The notes below the pieces were generated by a model, which made no database searches, was not told the DNA's origin, and saw only the letters and a list, made by a program, of their open reading frames with translations. The position numbers and the translations under genes are program-made. This document shows, piece by piece, positions 31,151 to 32,000 of a stretch of DNA of 32,000 bases (within the stretch, counting starts at the first letter, position 1; every line of letters begins with the position of its first letter). The stretch comes from Candidatus Saccharimonadota bacterium (lineage in GTDB: Bacteria > Patescibacteriota > Gracilibacteria > UBA1369 > 2-02-FULL-48-14): assembly GCA_041661045.1 (NCBI GenBank), contig JBAZVE010000001.1:1140001-1172000 (forward strand). The letters run 5' to 3'.

Positions 31151-31924
31151 ATGAAAGCTACTCGAACCAAAGAAATTAAAAACAGGGTTTTTAAGAAAGA
31201 AAATTTAGAACATTTATGGGATAAGATCCAAAAAAAATCTGTGGGTCTTACGACTAAAAGTGGTCTTACATACCATGTCCAAAGGATCACTATAAATTGT
31301 TTAGATGGAACTACTTATGAAAGTGACAATAATGATCTGTTAAAACCTGGCGAAGTCTTAGACACTAAGTTATGCAAGGCGATTCATATTGAATACCGTG
31401 ATTCTTCGGATGCCTATATTGATTTGAGTTTGCGATGTGGTGCAGAAGATCTTTACTATAATCACATAACTGTACGAGGAGAAAGAGATTGGGTTTCAAG
31501 TACTTTCCAGGAATTGGAGGAACTTATCAATGCTGTTGCACCACAGGATCATTGGTTTATTCGAAGCAAAGTTTTGGTTTTACATCTGGGGGCTTTTATA
31601 TCTGGAGTATTTCTTTTTTGGATTATGTCTGTGACTTGGTTGCCATATGTGCCGAGTCCAGAAGAAACTTCTTTGAGTTTATTCTTAGATAAATATGAGT
31701 TTATCCGTTGGGGTGTTGCCATTTTTTTGACTTGGGCTATGGGTCTAAGCCCTATGTGGTTAGTTCGAAACTTTATTTTGAAGTTGTGGCCTAGTATAGA
31801 ATTTGATTTCGGTCCCGAACATCATAAAATTGTGAAAAAAAGGAGAAATGCTATTACTATGCTTTTTTCCGTTTTAATACTTCCTTTCTTGATTAATATA
31901 CTTTCAGGGCTCTTTTTTGGTTGA
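31151..31924 (+). CDS. Hypothetical protein: ~135-aa soluble N-terminal domain plus three or four C-terminal TM helices
   Basis: ATG start 8 nt after the tyrS stop. TM candidates VLVLHLGAFISGVFLFWIMSV, WGVAIFLTWAMGLSPMWLV and AITMLFSVLILPFLINILSGLFF. Hand counts give 25-43% G+C across eight 60-nt lines (mean about 35%), against about 50-60% in most tyrS lines. Confidence 0.6.
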   Translation: MKATRTKEIKNRVFKKENLEHLWDKIQKKSVGLTTKSGLTYHVQRITINCLDGTTYESDNNDLLKPGEVLDTKLCKAIHIEYRDSSDAYIDLSLRCGAEDLYYNHITVRGERDWVSSTFQELEELINAVAPQDHWFIRSKVLVLHLGAFISGVFLFWIMSVTWLPYVPSPEETSLSLFLDKYEFIRWGVAIFLTWAMGLSPMWLVRNFILKLWPSIEFDFGPEHHKIVKKRRNAITMLFSVLILPFLINILSGLFFG

Positions 31925-31939
31925 CTCCAAACTCTTCAG

Positions 31940-32000
31940 TTAAACCCTCTTCCTCGCATCCTCATATACTTCCGAGTCTTTGCGCTTGCCGATTTTGATG
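31940..32000 (-). CDS. 3' end of an unidentified minus-strand gene (fragment)
   Basis: Reverse-strand reading gives ...IKIGKRKDSEVYEDARKRV then TAA (rc of 31940-31942). Only 19 codons are visible, so this is weak. Confidence 0.25.
   Translation of the reverse strand, partial: IKIGKRKDSEVYEDARKRV

Noticed and set aside
1-32000. CRISPR arrays, IS elements or transposases, rRNA genes, or stop-codon reassignment (e.g. UGA as a sense codon)
   Set aside because: No regularly spaced direct repeats and no transposase- or integrase-like ORFs were seen. Well-conserved genes (the kinase and obg end in TGA; others end in TAA or TAG) terminate where expected under the standard code and show no in-frame stops.

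Overview
This is a densely packed bacterial chromosome segment. Most intergenic gaps are under 60 bp, several genes overlap, and ORFs are intact under the standard genetic code. G+C is roughly 47-48% from hand counts of sampled lines. I call about 31 protein genes plus one tRNA-Leu(CAA).

The backbone is housekeeping: murJ, ribBA-ribD, rpsB-tsf, der, uvrC, a YqeY-like gene, obg-pth-rplU, an RluD-like gene, tyrS, an AI-2E transporter and two GT4 glycosyltransferases. I saw no CRISPR array, transposase, integrase, rRNA or riboswitch-sized leader.

Things that stand out:
(i) Three patches of orphan genes with no motif I recognise are wedged into housekeeping strings. They are a translationally coupled pair at 19585-20987, a gene at 21506-22264 next to tRNA-Leu, and a 916-aa protein plus 102-aa partner at 25864-28976 with promoter-like elements. 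In hand counts the two co-directional patches are enriched for AGA/AGG and ATA codons relative to der and rplU; the third was not counted.
(ii) An RsbW-like kinase and a STAS antagonist head a glycosyltransferase operon with no sigma factor in the window. A matching HAMP-PP2C phosphatase lies 8.5 kb away, behind an MFS-HEAT membrane protein.
(iii) UvrC carries a GNAT-like insertion of about 146 aa.
(iv) A membrane-protein gene of about 35% G+C sits 8 nt after tyrS.
(v) -10-like elements recur (TGnTAnnnT or TATAAT-like). Three of them lie only 6-7 nt from the ATG, which suggests leaderless mRNAs, and Shine-Dalgarno signal is weak.

The lineage cannot be established without a database search. 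The compactness, the VirB2-like pilin candidate and the orphan content fit an uncultivated small-genome lineage, but that is inference only.
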